36,367 nt of DNA from Alphaproteobacteria bacterium (GCA_017425725.1 JAFOXU010000018.1:1-36367), one strand, 5' to 3'. Positions 1-8,886 are shown, counted from the first letter of the stretch. Numbers and translations: made by a program. Notes: generated from the letters alone by a model not told the origin.

Positions 1-141
1 AACCAACTGGCAAATACCAAACGTTCAAATCTGTTCCAAACCCAGCGCAAACTTGTGCGTTTAATGTCGCAACCCAATCAAATATGATGCTGCTCAAACC
101 TGTGCCACCAACGTACCAGTCTTGTATTGTGACAGTTTGTG
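1..141 (+). repeat. Terminal direct repeat, copy 1 (identical to 36227-36367)
   Basis: Base-by-base reading: aaccaactggcaaatacc...gacagtttgtg is present at both window ends. It lies inside a coding frame. Confidence 0.95.
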
Positions 142-559
142 TTGGCAAACCAAAGTCAGTTACAAATATCTGTTGTGCATTATCTTGGCCGTTAACCATG
201 ATTATTTGATGGTTTGCGTATGTCCAACGCCACTCAGACGTTGAATATCCGCTTTTATATGCAACCTGTGTATATTTGTTAGAACTTCTCTGAAATATGT
301 ATAATTCGCCATCGGTTGCGACAATAATCATATCGTATTCTTCCAACGGTACGATTGTCTTGATTGGTTGTGCAAATACTATTTCGTCATCGTTTGTATC
401 ATATAATGGCACCTTAAAGTACCCTTTGCGACTTTCTAACAGGTTTTGCTTGATCACATAGTTTTTACATGCCAACAAATGACCTGCACCTTTGTCTAAT
501 AACGGTGCTTCGCTTGACCAACCAACCTGATAAAGTGGTAAAGTAATTCTGTCTGACAT
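1..559 (-). CDS. 5-prime part (first 186 codons) of a 538-aa virion structural protein that continues at 36226..35169 across the circular junction
   Basis: ATG at 559-557 shares its A with the TAA stop of the upstream gene (TAATG). The frame (MSDRITLPLYQVGW...) stays open to base 1. It runs in frame into ...GLSSIIFDWVATLNAQ, the start of the ORF listed at 35169..36323. 559+1058 = 1617 nt = 539 codons. Confidence 0.8.
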   Translation of the reverse strand, partial: MSDRITLPLYQVGWSSEAPLLDKGAGHLLACKNYVIKQNLLESRKGYFKVPLYDTNDDEIVFAQPIKTIVPLEEYDMIIVATDGELYIFQRSSNKYTQVAYKSGYSTSEWRWTYANHQIIMVNGQDNAQQIFVTDFGLPTQTVTIQDWYVGGTGLSSIIFDWVATLNAQVCAGFGTDLNVWYLPVG

Positions 560-1434
560 TATCTAATATCCCAATTTCCGTCTGAATAATTGCTTACATT
601 CCTTAATGCACCACCTGCCAAATCAATATGTTGTGGTGCTTGTCCACGTGCTTCATAATCACGTAATGTGGACAGGTATTCTTGTTCGATTTCACCCCAA
701 TTACCCACGTCTTTGTCTTTCAGATAACGATACGCTGTTCCAAGTATAAGTATTTCTTCTGGAATAATCGTTGTATCGGTGCTGTTATCAAACTTTGCTT
801 TACGTGTACCGTTTGACGCGATTACTGGCAATTCGGTGTAATACAAAAACTGTATTTCGGTTTCTGGTGCTAAACCCGGAAAGATATAAATAGACTTGTC
901 ACGGATTGTAAATAAACCAGTTGTTCCAACCTGTACACTTGATGCTTTCATAACCATCCACTGATGCATATTTAATGCTTGCATTGGCAATCTTTGATCC
1001 ATGTTGACCATTGTCGCCGTGTCAATACCTGCACAATCGTCTGCTAATTCTTTAAATGGATATTGATTCCAATCGCCCTCACATTTCCATCGCCGACCAT
1101 CAGATGCAGCACCTGTCTGTCCAGGTTTTAAACCCAATGTTGCTGGATCAACAGTGGATGTTCCAGCAACTACTACCTTGTATCTGTATTTACCGCTGAA
1201 TATCACGGTGTTAAGTGCATATGCTGTCCTTTTTGCCCACTCGGCATATGTTGTAAAACTGCATTCGCGTAATAAATCTGATAAACTGTTTTTAAGAATG
1301 ATGTCGTTAATCAATTCATTCATTATGCGGATGTTTTCCTGCACAATAAGATCGGTTGTCGCAAATGGATTTGGAACGTTTTTATATAATCCTTCACGCG
1401 ACAATACCACGTCTAACATTTCTTTTACTGTCAT
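559..1434 (-). CDS. Virion structural protein, 291 aa. Its position after capsid/decoration suggests a head-tail adaptor or tail-tubular-A-like role.
   Basis: Long ORF with AAGGA SD upstream of the ATG and translational coupling to the next gene. Function is inferred from position only. Confidence 0.7.
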   Translation of the reverse strand: MTVKEMLDVVLSREGLYKNVPNPFATTDLIVQENIRIMNELINDIILKNSLSDLLRECSFTTYAEWAKRTAYALNTVIFSGKYRYKVVVAGTSTVDPATLGLKPGQTGAASDGRRWKCEGDWNQYPFKELADDCAGIDTATMVNMDQRLPMQALNMHQWMVMKASSVQVGTTGLFTIRDKSIYIFPGLAPETEIQFLYYTELPVIASNGTRKAKFDNSTDTTIIPEEILILGTAYRYLKDKDVGNWGEIEQEYLSTLRDYEARGQAPQHIDLAGGALRNVSNYSDGNWDIR

Positions 1435-1451
1435 TTTCTGTCCTTACAAAT

Positions 1452-1505
1452 AAAAAAAGCCCTATAAATAACGGCACTTTTGCTTTCATGCAGTTGTTTA
1501 TAGGG
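1452..1505 (-). terminator. Putative intrinsic terminator/attenuator between the decoration gene and the 291-aa gene
   Basis: 9-bp stem ccctataaa (1460-1468) / tttataggg (1497-1505). A run of seven A follows on the plus strand (U-tract on the minus RNA). The loop is long at 28 nt. Confidence 0.4.
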
Positions 1506-1577
1506 TGTTTGTTCACTAAAATCTTTTTTGCCCATTTTTATACAGAACGGGCAAACTGTTTTTTCTGTCTTAACAGA

Positions 1578-1895
1578 TTAAGATGCTGCTATTGTGTAAG
1601 CAATGAACGCAGGTGTTACACCTGGAACAATACCTTCTGCAATAACATAGATACCTGCACCTGCTGGGCAAGCAGCCAATGATTTGCATTTCAAATAACC
1701 GGCAGCGGACGAACCTTTCAATTCGCCTGCTGGTGTGACATATACTGTACCGGCAGAAATGCTGGAAGATCCAGTGTTAACTGCAAATACTGCAATTCCA
1801 TCACGGAAGCAATCATGTTGACCTGGTTTTGCACCGTATGCTGCCAATTCTTCGGCAACAACTGGTTCTGTTAAGTTAATAGTTGTAAAAGCCAT
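1578..1895 (-). CDS. Head decoration-like protein (DUF2190-like small Gly/Ala-rich protein next to the capsid gene)
   Basis: 105 aa with a strong AAGGAG SD, immediately downstream of the major capsid gene. Size and composition fit decoration proteins. Confidence 0.6.
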   Translation of the reverse strand: MAFTTINLTEPVVAEELAAYGAKPGQHDCFRDGIAVFAVNTGSSSISAGTVYVTPAGELKGSSAAGYLKCKSLAACPAGAGIYVIAEGIVPGVTPAFIAYTIAAS

Positions 1896-1929
1896 TTTAA
1901 ACTCCTTAAATTCAATATTTGGTTAATAT

Positions 1930-1949
1930 AACCCCGATTACTCGGGGTT
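1930..1949 (-). terminator. Stem-loop just after the major capsid gene (partial terminator or mRNA-stabilising hairpin)
   Basis: aaccccg (1930-1936) / cggggtt (1943-1949) with a 6-nt loop, 5 nt after the capsid stop. No clean U-tract on the minus strand. Confidence 0.4.
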
Positions 1950-1954
1950 GTTTA

Positions 1955-2923
1955 TTAAGAACCTACAACTACACCTTGGAATGCACGGCCAGATGTGGTC
2001 ATGTTACCAGCCCACAACCATGCTTCGCTGTAAAGGTCTTGGTTGATTGAATTTACGCGTTCTTTCTTCGCTGGGTTACGGCGAACGTGTGGACGCAAAT
2101 ATATGAAGTCTGTGTTCAATACATATGCGTGGTTCGCTGGGATTTTACCAGACATAGAAGCAGCGGCGATACCTTGATCACAGAACATTGGCAAACCGTT
2201 GATAGCCAATTCCATGAATCCGCCTTTGCCTTCTGTTGAAACAAAACGTTGTTGTGCAACCAATGCTTTGTAGTAGTTTGTGTACCATGCATTGTCAACA
2301 AAGACTGCTTTTGGTGCATCTGCATTACGTGTTGTTCCCAAGATAGCGTCATTCAATTTTTCGATAACGTTATCAGATGCAAATGTGCATGTGCCTTTGT
2401 AGTTTCTCCACCAAGCATTGTCAGCAGCAGAAGCATCGATTCCACCAACAGTACCACTGGATGGTGTATCAGATACTAAATAACGCAAACCGCCAATTTG
2501 CAAAGCGTCAGAACCGTCAGAATAAACGTCTTCTGCCAAACCATTTTGCAATGTTTTTGCACCGTTTTTGATTTTTGCAGCAATCAAGTCAATCATACGT
2601 GATTTACCTTCGTTTGCCATCAATTCAGATCCAGTTACAACCATAGTAACTGCAACTTTTTTACGTGCAAAAGATGCTGCTGTTGCGAATTTCTTGGATT
2701 CCAAATCCCATGCTTGTGCGCCGTCATAACGGTTGTAAGCACCATTTTCTGCAAATTCCAAGTTTTGTAAGATTTCGACACCGCCATCTTCTGTTTTGAC
2801 GTTGCCTGCTTTTTTCAAGAAAGTCAACAATTTGCTGTTGGCTGTATAGTTGTCTTTCAGAACATCTGTATAATTATCAATAGATGTAGAATACAGATTT
2901 CCAAAGTTTGGATTTCCTGCCAT
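1955..2923 (-). CDS. Major capsid protein (HK97-fold type inferred)
   Basis: 322 aa with an AAGGA SD. It is followed by a hairpin and a decoration-like gene and lies downstream of terminase. Length and sequence character fit phage major capsid proteins. No profile search was run. Confidence 0.7.
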   Translation of the reverse strand: MAGNPNFGNLYSTSIDNYTDVLKDNYTANSKLLTFLKKAGNVKTEDGGVEILQNLEFAENGAYNRYDGAQAWDLESKKFATAASFARKKVAVTMVVTGSELMANEGKSRMIDLIAAKIKNGAKTLQNGLAEDVYSDGSDALQIGGLRYLVSDTPSSGTVGGIDASAADNAWWRNYKGTCTFASDNVIEKLNDAILGTTRNADAPKAVFVDNAWYTNYYKALVAQQRFVSTEGKGGFMELAINGLPMFCDQGIAAASMSGKIPANHAYVLNTDFIYLRPHVRRNPAKKERVNSINQDLYSEAWLWAGNMTTSGRAFQGVVVGS

Positions 2924-3024
2924 TTTATATCCTTTTTGTAAAAAATCCTGTTAATCGATACCCTTCCGGGCGTTTTTACTTTTCGGATATACTTTGTTTC
3001 ACGCTATATACCATACGTGTTTGT

Positions 3025-3450
3025 TTATTGATTAAGTGTTTGTTTTTCAAAATGTAATTTAATACGGTTGTTTTTCCATTCGTCTTTTGTCATTGACCAT
3101 ATTGCCAATGATTTGGGAGTTTGACGCAAGGTTCCAGTGTTTATAAACCCTACGCCTTTCACGAATCTCTGTGCCTGGGCATTATCTTCTTCAATGTACG
3201 TATTTACGATACTGCCCATGCTAAATAATGTTGACATCACGATAAATATTATCTCTGGATTACATACAAACTTGTCCAGTATTACGTGATCATAGTTGAT
3301 TGTGTCGCCATGCACTGTAATCAGGCCGTAATATCTATCATCTTCGTATATTATCTGACACTGTGGATCAAACACAATATGTGGTAAATATTTACGCATA
3401 ATGCTTGCCGCCTGAAAAAATGCAGGTGCGTCACTACCAACTAATATCAT
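3025..3450 (-). CDS. GNAT-family N-acetyltransferase-like protein (moron between terminase and capsid genes)
   Basis: 141 aa. The C-terminal block EEDNAQAQRFVKGVGFINTG resembles the GNAT acetyl-CoA-binding helix/strand (N..A..ly.k.GF...G). It overlaps the terminase stop by 17 nt. Confidence 0.5.
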   Translation of the reverse strand: MILVGSDAPAFFQAASIMRKYLPHIVFDPQCQIIYEDDRYYGLITVHGDTINYDHVILDKFVCNPEIIFIVMSTLFSMGSIVNTYIEEDNAQAQRFVKGVGFINTGTLRQTPKSLAIWSMTKDEWKNNRIKLHFEKQTLNQ

Positions 3451-4906
3451 TGCTCTTAACCCTTACTGTTAAATCGTCATCATCGACTAATTGCATACGA
3501 TTTGCTTCAAGCCCTTTCTTAATATCGGCTGAAACATTTTCTTGCATACGTTCACGTTTTTCTGCTTCCGTCAACACACGCTTTTCATCACGGTCTTTGT
3601 AAATGCTCTGGCACAAATACAAGAACGCCTTGCCACCATGTGAATATTCGTCATGGACAATGTTCTTTGTGTCTAACACACCGTCTTTGTAATCATAACG
3701 CATATTCATAATGCATTCGATACCGCGTACCAAGTCCTTGTCAATATCGATAATTGGTATCATAGACCTTGCAATATCGATTTGTTCTTGTTCGCGTATG
3801 CGTTGCAGTGTTATGCAATTAAAACCAATCTCGCGCATTCTGGCAACTCTGGTATTACCGTATGCCCATTCTGTGTTAACACCGTCATGTGGAAAGAATA
3901 CTGTGTCATATTTGTATTCTTTGCTTTTTAACTGGTCAACCCAATAAGGCAATGCTTTCATGGTATCTTCCATGTAATTGATGACTTTAACCCGTCCATC
4001 AATCCATTGGTAAAACCAGATTGCAGTTGCGTCTGTATGCCCTATATCCCATGCTGTATAAACGGGATAGCGGTTGTCATACTGAATACTCTGCTTTGTA
4101 GCATTAGGATATTTAGCAAATTCAACCGCTAACACACTGCCTCGCGCCTCTTCGCCAAATTCCCCATACAAAAATCGTGTCTGCTCGTGCGCCGGCAATT
4201 CCTTCAAACTGTCGATATAATCATCTGGTAAGTATTCCAGATTATCCAAAGGATTAAGGCGTACGTTCGCATATATCTTTTTATCCAACTGTTTTTCTGG
4301 ATCAAGTGGCGATTGAAACAAGAAATGTTCTTTGTACGTCCAGTGTCCTTTGTGTGGTGGATTCTCAATTACGATTTCCATCAACTTTAAATCGCGATCA
4401 TATTTCCAGTGTTTTACTTTCTGCGCTAAACGTGTGCGCAACTTCTGTAATGCCTCATAATTAACTTCTGATGCTTCGTCAATCAGTATTGTGGCATATT
4501 CAGTACCCAATAACTTTTCAACTTCTTGTTCGTTTCCTATGGCTCTAAAATGGATTTCTGAACCATTTGGCAATGTAAATATGTTGGTACTGTTATTCAT
4601 ACCACCATTACACCAATGCTCATAAAGCCTTGGATAATATAAACGCAATAACTTTGGCATTGTATCCAGTATTATCGCATTACGCACCGCAGTAAAAGTA
4701 TCACGCGCAATCAAATGCCGTGATCCTGGATAATAAACTGCTCTTTTTAATAATTTCCTACACCCACGAAACGTCTTACTTGAACGCGAACCACCATAAA
4801 GCAATAATCTGCGTACATCGTTATTGTGCTTAAAGCAATTATCAAACTTTTCTATGCGTTCATCTCTGTCTGCTATCTGTTCGGGGGTTAATATGATATT
4901 GCTCAT
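3434..4906 (-). CDS. terL: Terminase large subunit
   Basis: 490 aa. Walker A-like LLYGGSRSSKT and Walker B-like TILIDEASE. The C-terminal nuclease-like half carries acidic motifs (WDIGHTDATA..., FPHDG). ATGA overlap with the upstream small-terminase-like gene. Confidence 0.9.
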   Translation of the reverse strand: MSNIILTPEQIADRDERIEKFDNCFKHNNDVRRLLLYGGSRSSKTFRGCRKLLKRAVYYPGSRHLIARDTFTAVRNAIILDTMPKLLRLYYPRLYEHWCNGGMNNSTNIFTLPNGSEIHFRAIGNEQEVEKLLGTEYATILIDEASEVNYEALQKLRTRLAQKVKHWKYDRDLKLMEIVIENPPHKGHWTYKEHFLFQSPLDPEKQLDKKIYANVRLNPLDNLEYLPDDYIDSLKELPAHEQTRFLYGEFGEEARGSVLAVEFAKYPNATKQSIQYDNRYPVYTAWDIGHTDATAIWFYQWIDGRVKVINYMEDTMKALPYWVDQLKSKEYKYDTVFFPHDGVNTEWAYGNTRVARMREIGFNCITLQRIREQEQIDIARSMIPIIDIDKDLVRGIECIMNMRYDYKDGVLDTKNIVHDEYSHGGKAFLYLCQSIYKDRDEKRVLTEAEKRERMQENVSADIKKGLEANRMQLVDDDDLTVRVKSNDISW

Positions 4907-5262
4907 ATCTCATCATCCCCCGGTTCAACAACAAACTGAAATCCGCCAAGCATAGTTGCTTTTTTATCACTCTTTGCAGATTCAAGTACCAATTTTGCAG
5001 ATTCTTTATCGCCTTTTAATGCTTTATTGGCATGTACGGCCATAATAAGTTCTGCAACGGTTGCTTCTTTTACAGGCACTGCACCATAATCATAATCAGA
5101 AACGTCTGTAACCTGCTGTTCTAATACCATACGCGCAATTTCGGCTATCTCACGTTTCTTGCGCCGTGCTTCCCCAGATGCAATACCACCAGCAATGGCA
5201 ATTTCTCTTTGCTCTGTCTTTGTTCGCTGATTCATTGGGATAAGGTTTTGTTCATTTGCCAT
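4903..5262 (-). CDS. Terminase small subunit-like protein
   Basis: 119 aa, translationally coupled (ATGA) to terL. The basic N-terminal motif GGIASGEARRKKR is typical of small DNA-binding proteins that precede terL. Confidence 0.55.
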   Translation of the reverse strand: MANEQNLIPMNQRTKTEQREIAIAGGIASGEARRKKREIAEIARMVLEQQVTDVSDYDYGAVPVKEATVAELIMAVHANKALKGDKESAKLVLESAKSDKKATMLGGFQFVVEPGDDEI

Positions 5263-5282
5263 AACCCTACCTCTTGGTTAAA

Positions 5283-6386
5283 CTAATCGTCTAAACCCAT
5301 CGCACGTAATGCGTCTTTTACCGAACGTTCTGCATATCTTTGTGATTGCTTGTTCATGTTTTCTGGTGTAAATTCTTCGATTTTATCAATCTCTTCGTTA
5401 TTTACCGGATTGCTTGCCTTTGGCGCAACAACCTTTGCCATCTTCTTTTCAGCAATATTTTCTATAACTGGTGCAGGTTCTGTCGCTTTTGGTGTTCTTA
5501 CCATGTGTTCAAACAATTCTGCCGCACGATTGATAATTGTAATGTCTGATGAATTTGGATCTGCTTGACGTTCCATCTGTATCTGACGTATGAATTTATC
5601 TGATAATGCAGGATCATCAACCAACGCTTTAATACCTGGTGTGTTTTCTACATAATCAGCAATCGCGTTTTGTACGTCTGTGTCAACTTGTTCCGGTTGA
5701 ACGTATTTTGCTTGTCTTGCTTCGTATTTTGCCTGCGCAGCCGATGCATAATAGTTTTCAGGTATATCGCGTGGTTTCATATCGCTTTTAGTATCAATGC
5801 CATATGTACGTGCAATTTCATTGATAACTGCAACTGGATCTTCAAATCTGATAAGTCCACCAGCAATCATTTGTCTTGCTGTCAATGTTGGTTTATCGTT
5901 TAATGATTGAACTATGTCAATGCAGTTACGGATAACTTCGCTTTCTGGTATGTTACTTGCCTGTGCAACTTCGGAAATATAACCTTGTACTGGTTCTATT
6001 GTCTTGCGGAACATCTTTGCGTTGTGTTCTGCTTCATTTGCACGCAAGTAATTACGTTCATTTTCTGCGGAAAGACGGACAAATTCATCTTTTGTTTCTT
6101 TGTCTGCACTTTCCCAGTGACTTTTAACAAAATCGCCCTTTAATTGTTTTGGTGCCGCAATGCTTTCTTCTGTTGGTGTTTCGTCTGCCTTGGCTTCTTC
6201 TTTTGGCTCATCGGCAACTTTTTCAGGTTCGGTTTCAGTTTCCACTGGTTTATCTTCCACTGGTGCTTCTTCAACCGGTTCTGTTTCAACAGGTTTTTCT
6301 TCTACAACCGCTTCTTCTGTGGCTGTCCTTTCTTCTGCATCAAAAGCAGATGCGACTACATCGCTGATTTTGTCTTCCATGCTCAT
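5283..6386 (-). CDS. Acidic, Glu/Pro-repeat-containing protein, scaffold-like (function uncertain)
   Basis: 367 aa. N-terminal low-complexity EEKPVETEPVEEAPVEDKPVETETEPEK, then a helical region. It lies in the head module upstream of the terminase genes. Confidence 0.6.
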   Translation of the reverse strand: MSMEDKISDVVASAFDAEERTATEEAVVEEKPVETEPVEEAPVEDKPVETETEPEKVADEPKEEAKADETPTEESIAAPKQLKGDFVKSHWESADKETKDEFVRLSAENERNYLRANEAEHNAKMFRKTIEPVQGYISEVAQASNIPESEVIRNCIDIVQSLNDKPTLTARQMIAGGLIRFEDPVAVINEIARTYGIDTKSDMKPRDIPENYYASAAQAKYEARQAKYVQPEQVDTDVQNAIADYVENTPGIKALVDDPALSDKFIRQIQMERQADPNSSDITIINRAAELFEHMVRTPKATEPAPVIENIAEKKMAKVVAPKASNPVNNEEIDKIEEFTPENMNKQSQRYAERSVKDALRAMGLDD

Positions 6387-6406
6387 ACCCCTTTGGTGTT
6401 TGTTTT

Positions 6407-6979
6407 TTATTTGTCTTCTAACGCATCAACGCGCTTAACAACGCTGTCCAACTTTTCTGCAAACATAGACAGTGCTGATAAAATCTTATCTTCCTTGCTG
6501 ATTTCTGGCTTTTCTTCTTCTTTTTCTATAACAATGCCATCAATCGCATTTAACTTTTCAATATCTTCCAGATTTAATTTCAACGAAAAATCTGATATAA
6601 GTGGCCAATATTCTGGATGGCTTTCTGGTAATCTAATTAGGTTTTTGTTGTGTTCTATACGATCACGAAAGTTTTGAATTAACATCATTTCTTCGCGACT
6701 GTATTCATTGCGGTGCAAAGGTTGATGTTTTTCAAAGTCTTTCCATGTTTTTGCGTAACGAACCTGATGTGCCATTGTGACTTCTACGTCCATCCAATCG
6801 GCACGCCCTGTGTCACTGTTGTTAATCAACATAAATGGCAACAGAATGTAATTGTCTTTTTCGTTTTGATATATTGCACGCCAATAAAACTGTGGATGTA
6901 AATCGGTTTCGCCACGGATACGTATATCGTCTGAATCATAATGTTGTTTGTCTGACATAGTTGCTCTAATCCTCGTCAT
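6407..6979 (-). CDS. Hypothetical protein (190 aa; alternative ATG at 6958 gives 183 aa)
   Basis: Long ORF on the late strand. The ATG at 6958 has a GAGGA upstream and avoids overlap with the preceding gene. No recognisable motifs. Confidence 0.6.
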   Translation of the reverse strand: MTRIRATMSDKQHYDSDDIRIRGETDLHPQFYWRAIYQNEKDNYILLPFMLINNSDTGRADWMDVEVTMAHQVRYAKTWKDFEKHQPLHRNEYSREEMMLIQNFRDRIEHNKNLIRLPESHPEYWPLISDFSLKLNLEDIEKLNAIDGIVIEKEEEKPEISKEDKILSALSMFAEKLDSVVKRVDALEDK

Positions 6980-7259
6980 ATTTTAAAAGCAGTCTTTCGG
7001 CTGCTTGTTGTTTTAACTTTTCCGGTATCTTTCTGCCGTGCAGGCGCATGGCAAATCTAAACTTACCGGTTAAATTCTGCTTGATGTCGGCTTTTTCTAC
7101 GGATGCTTTAACAATACGATCAACTTCTTCATCGCGTCCGCGTGCTTGCCCTTGTTTAATGTATTCGTTGTGCAACATTAAATCTTCAACGGTCACGTCT
7201 TCGGGCAGTAATTGTTGGTTTGTTTCAAAACAGAACTCTTGTAATTCTTGATCTGTCAT
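6966..7259 (-). CDS. Hypothetical protein, 97 aa
   Basis: ORF coupled by ATGA overlap to the GroES-like gene. Charged, helical character. Confidence 0.55.
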   Translation of the reverse strand: MTDQELQEFCFETNQQLLPEDVTVEDLMLHNEYIKQGQARGRDEEVDRIVKASVEKADIKQNLTGKFRFAMRLHGRKIPEKLKQQAAERLLLKYDED

Positions 7260-7480
7260 TCACGTACCATCAATACGTTTTCGTCAAATATAAACGTAAT
7301 GCCTTCGCCAACGTATGCGGTCTTTTTTATATACCCAACAATATCGCCGACCTTATAATCTTTTCCGCACTTATCGCCTTTTGCGATCACTTTGGCAAAT
7401 GTTAAATCAGATACGTCAAATGCATCAGTATCTGGCAATGGTTCAATCTGAACCAAATCTTTCAATACTTTATATTGCAT
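7256..7480 (-). CDS. GroES/Cpn10-like co-chaperonin, shortened (74 aa)
   Basis: KVLKDLVQIE resembles GroES RPLHDRVIVK. KVGDIV is identical to GroES KVGDIV. C-terminal ENVLMV resembles SDILAIV. The mobile-loop region is much reduced. AAAGGA SD. It overlaps the GroEL-like stop by 11 nt. Confidence 0.5.
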   Translation of the reverse strand: MQYKVLKDLVQIEPLPDTDAFDVSDLTFAKVIAKGDKCGKDYKVGDIVGYIKKTAYVGEGITFIFDENVLMVRE

Positions 7481-8747
7481 AGTGTGTCCTTTTGATTAAA
7501 ATCGCTTGCTCTACTGCGGTCTTATACGTTTGTAAAACCAAGTTAATCGGTTCTATAACGTTTGCCGACACATTCTTAACGTTTACGGCTTTGCGTATTA
7601 CATGCCATACTTTATGCTTTGTTGGGCTAAACGCTTCTAATGCCTGTCCTGCGCCCGGAACATATCCGTCATATGCTTGAATCACGGCTAATATCGCGTC
7701 TTCCAAACGGTCTTTTAATTCAACCATCTGTGCGGACGTTTCTGCACCAACATAAATCTTTGCAATCTTGCTCTCTAAACGTGCCAATCTTTCTTTGCAC
7801 CATGCTTTTTCGGCACCTGATAATGTCTTTTCTTCGTTCTTGATTGCTTCCACTAATTGCTTTGTTTCCGCGTTGGCACTGTATTCAAATGTCGCCATAC
7901 GCTTTGTAACATGAACCTTTGTAATAAGCGGTGCTATGATCGATAAATCAGCCGTTAAATCTGCACGCTTTGCACCAATAAGGCTTGGTGTTATGTTACA
8001 GAATTGACCAACACCGTTAATGTGGTTTTGAACCAATGATGCTAATGCCTGTTCATCGCATTGACCAATACAGATAAATGGTCTGCCTGCTTTCATGGCC
8101 TCGCTTGCCACCGGCGCAATGTCAGACAAAGTCAGATATTCTTTTACCAACACCACCGGATTAACCATTTCCACACCGGTCTTGGTGTTTACAAATGCCT
8201 GATTGGAATATCCTGCGTCTAAAACATAGCCCTTAATCTGTTCGGCTGTAATACCATCTTGTTCGCGTTCTTCAACAATGTAATGACCGTCTTTTCCATT
8301 ACGCGCAACAACTTCTGCTACGGCATGTGATATTTTCTTGTCGCCGTTTGATGACACCATCGCCAAATTAAACAATGTGTCATAGTTTATTTTGGTCTTG
8401 GCTATGTTTTTCAAAAACTTTTCTAATTCGCCTTCCAAAGATTGCAATACATACAAATCTTTCAGATCATAATCAATCAAATGTGCTAATAATACTGCTA
8501 CGGACGTTGTGCCATCGCCAACTTCACGAACTTGACGTTTGCATACCTGACGTACAAAATTCGCGCCTGCGCTTTGATCTGTCAAAGATTGTGATACTTT
8601 GTATCCGTCTTTGGTTAATATCGTTTCGGCTTTATTGGTATTTGGATTATTTGTTGTGATCGAAACCAATTTACCATTTGGGCCTAATGTTGAACCAATA
8701 ATTTTAACCGCACGTTTAATTTGTGCTTTGATTCTTATATTGCTCAT
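7470..8747 (-). CDS. GroEL/Cpn60-family chaperonin homologue, compact (425 aa versus about 548)
   Basis: These blocks match GroEL in order:
- TLGPNGK (TLGPKGR)
- TKDGYKV (TKDGVSV)
- GDGTTS (GDGTTT)
- VSSNGD (ISANSD)
- DAGYSNQAFVN (DRGYLSPYFIN)
- KAGRPFICIG (KAGKPLLIIA)
- KIYVGAETSAQMVELKDRLEDAI ([22 protein letters not shown])
- PGAGQAL (AGGGVAL). Confidence 0.85.
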   Translation of the reverse strand: MSNIRIKAQIKRAVKIIGSTLGPNGKLVSITTNNPNTNKAETILTKDGYKVSQSLTDQSAGANFVRQVCKRQVREVGDGTTSVAVLLAHLIDYDLKDLYVLQSLEGELEKFLKNIAKTKINYDTLFNLAMVSSNGDKKISHAVAEVVARNGKDGHYIVEEREQDGITAEQIKGYVLDAGYSNQAFVNTKTGVEMVNPVVLVKEYLTLSDIAPVASEAMKAGRPFICIGQCDEQALASLVQNHINGVGQFCNITPSLIGAKRADLTADLSIIAPLITKVHVTKRMATFEYSANAETKQLVEAIKNEEKTLSGAEKAWCKERLARLESKIAKIYVGAETSAQMVELKDRLEDAILAVIQAYDGYVPGAGQALEAFSPTKHKVWHVIRKAVNVKNVSANVIEPINLVLQTYKTAVEQAILIKRTHYAI

Positions 8748-8770
8748 AATAACACCTTTGTCTTCTTGGT

Positions 8771-8808
8771 GGGGTGACCCGGGTTATAGAGCATCATCCA
8801 GTCACCCC
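8771..8808 (-). promoter_or_regulatory. Hairpin in the leader of the GroEL-like gene
   Basis: Perfect 8-bp stem ggggtgac / gtcacccc with a 22-nt loop, 24-61 nt upstream of the ATG at 8747. No U-tract follows. Confidence 0.4.
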
Positions 8809-8886
8809 GAACTTGGTGGGCCAATATTCAACCTCAGAAGGGAAAGGAGAAATGAAAAAGTGTTCAGGTTTTTTTTATTGGCCCAT

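Noticed and set aside
1-141. Biological direct terminal repeat (DTR) of the virion DNA
   Set aside because: The repeat falls inside a gene and has the length of a typical assembler k-mer. It cannot be excluded without read-terminus data, but an assembly overlap is the simpler reading.
6144-6677. 177-aa plus-strand ORF and overlapping 72-aa and 92-aa ORFs
   Set aside because: They are mirror images of the acidic repeat of the scaffold-like gene. The composition is dominated by F, C and L, and three frames are open at once, which signals repeat-driven artefacts.
8748-8810. CIRCE/HrcA-type heat-shock operator, or an RNA thermometer, upstream of the GroEL-like gene
   Set aside because: There is no TTAGCACTC-N9-GAGTGCTAA-like element. 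The hairpin present (ggggtgac/gtcacccc) does not sequester the SD or the start codon.
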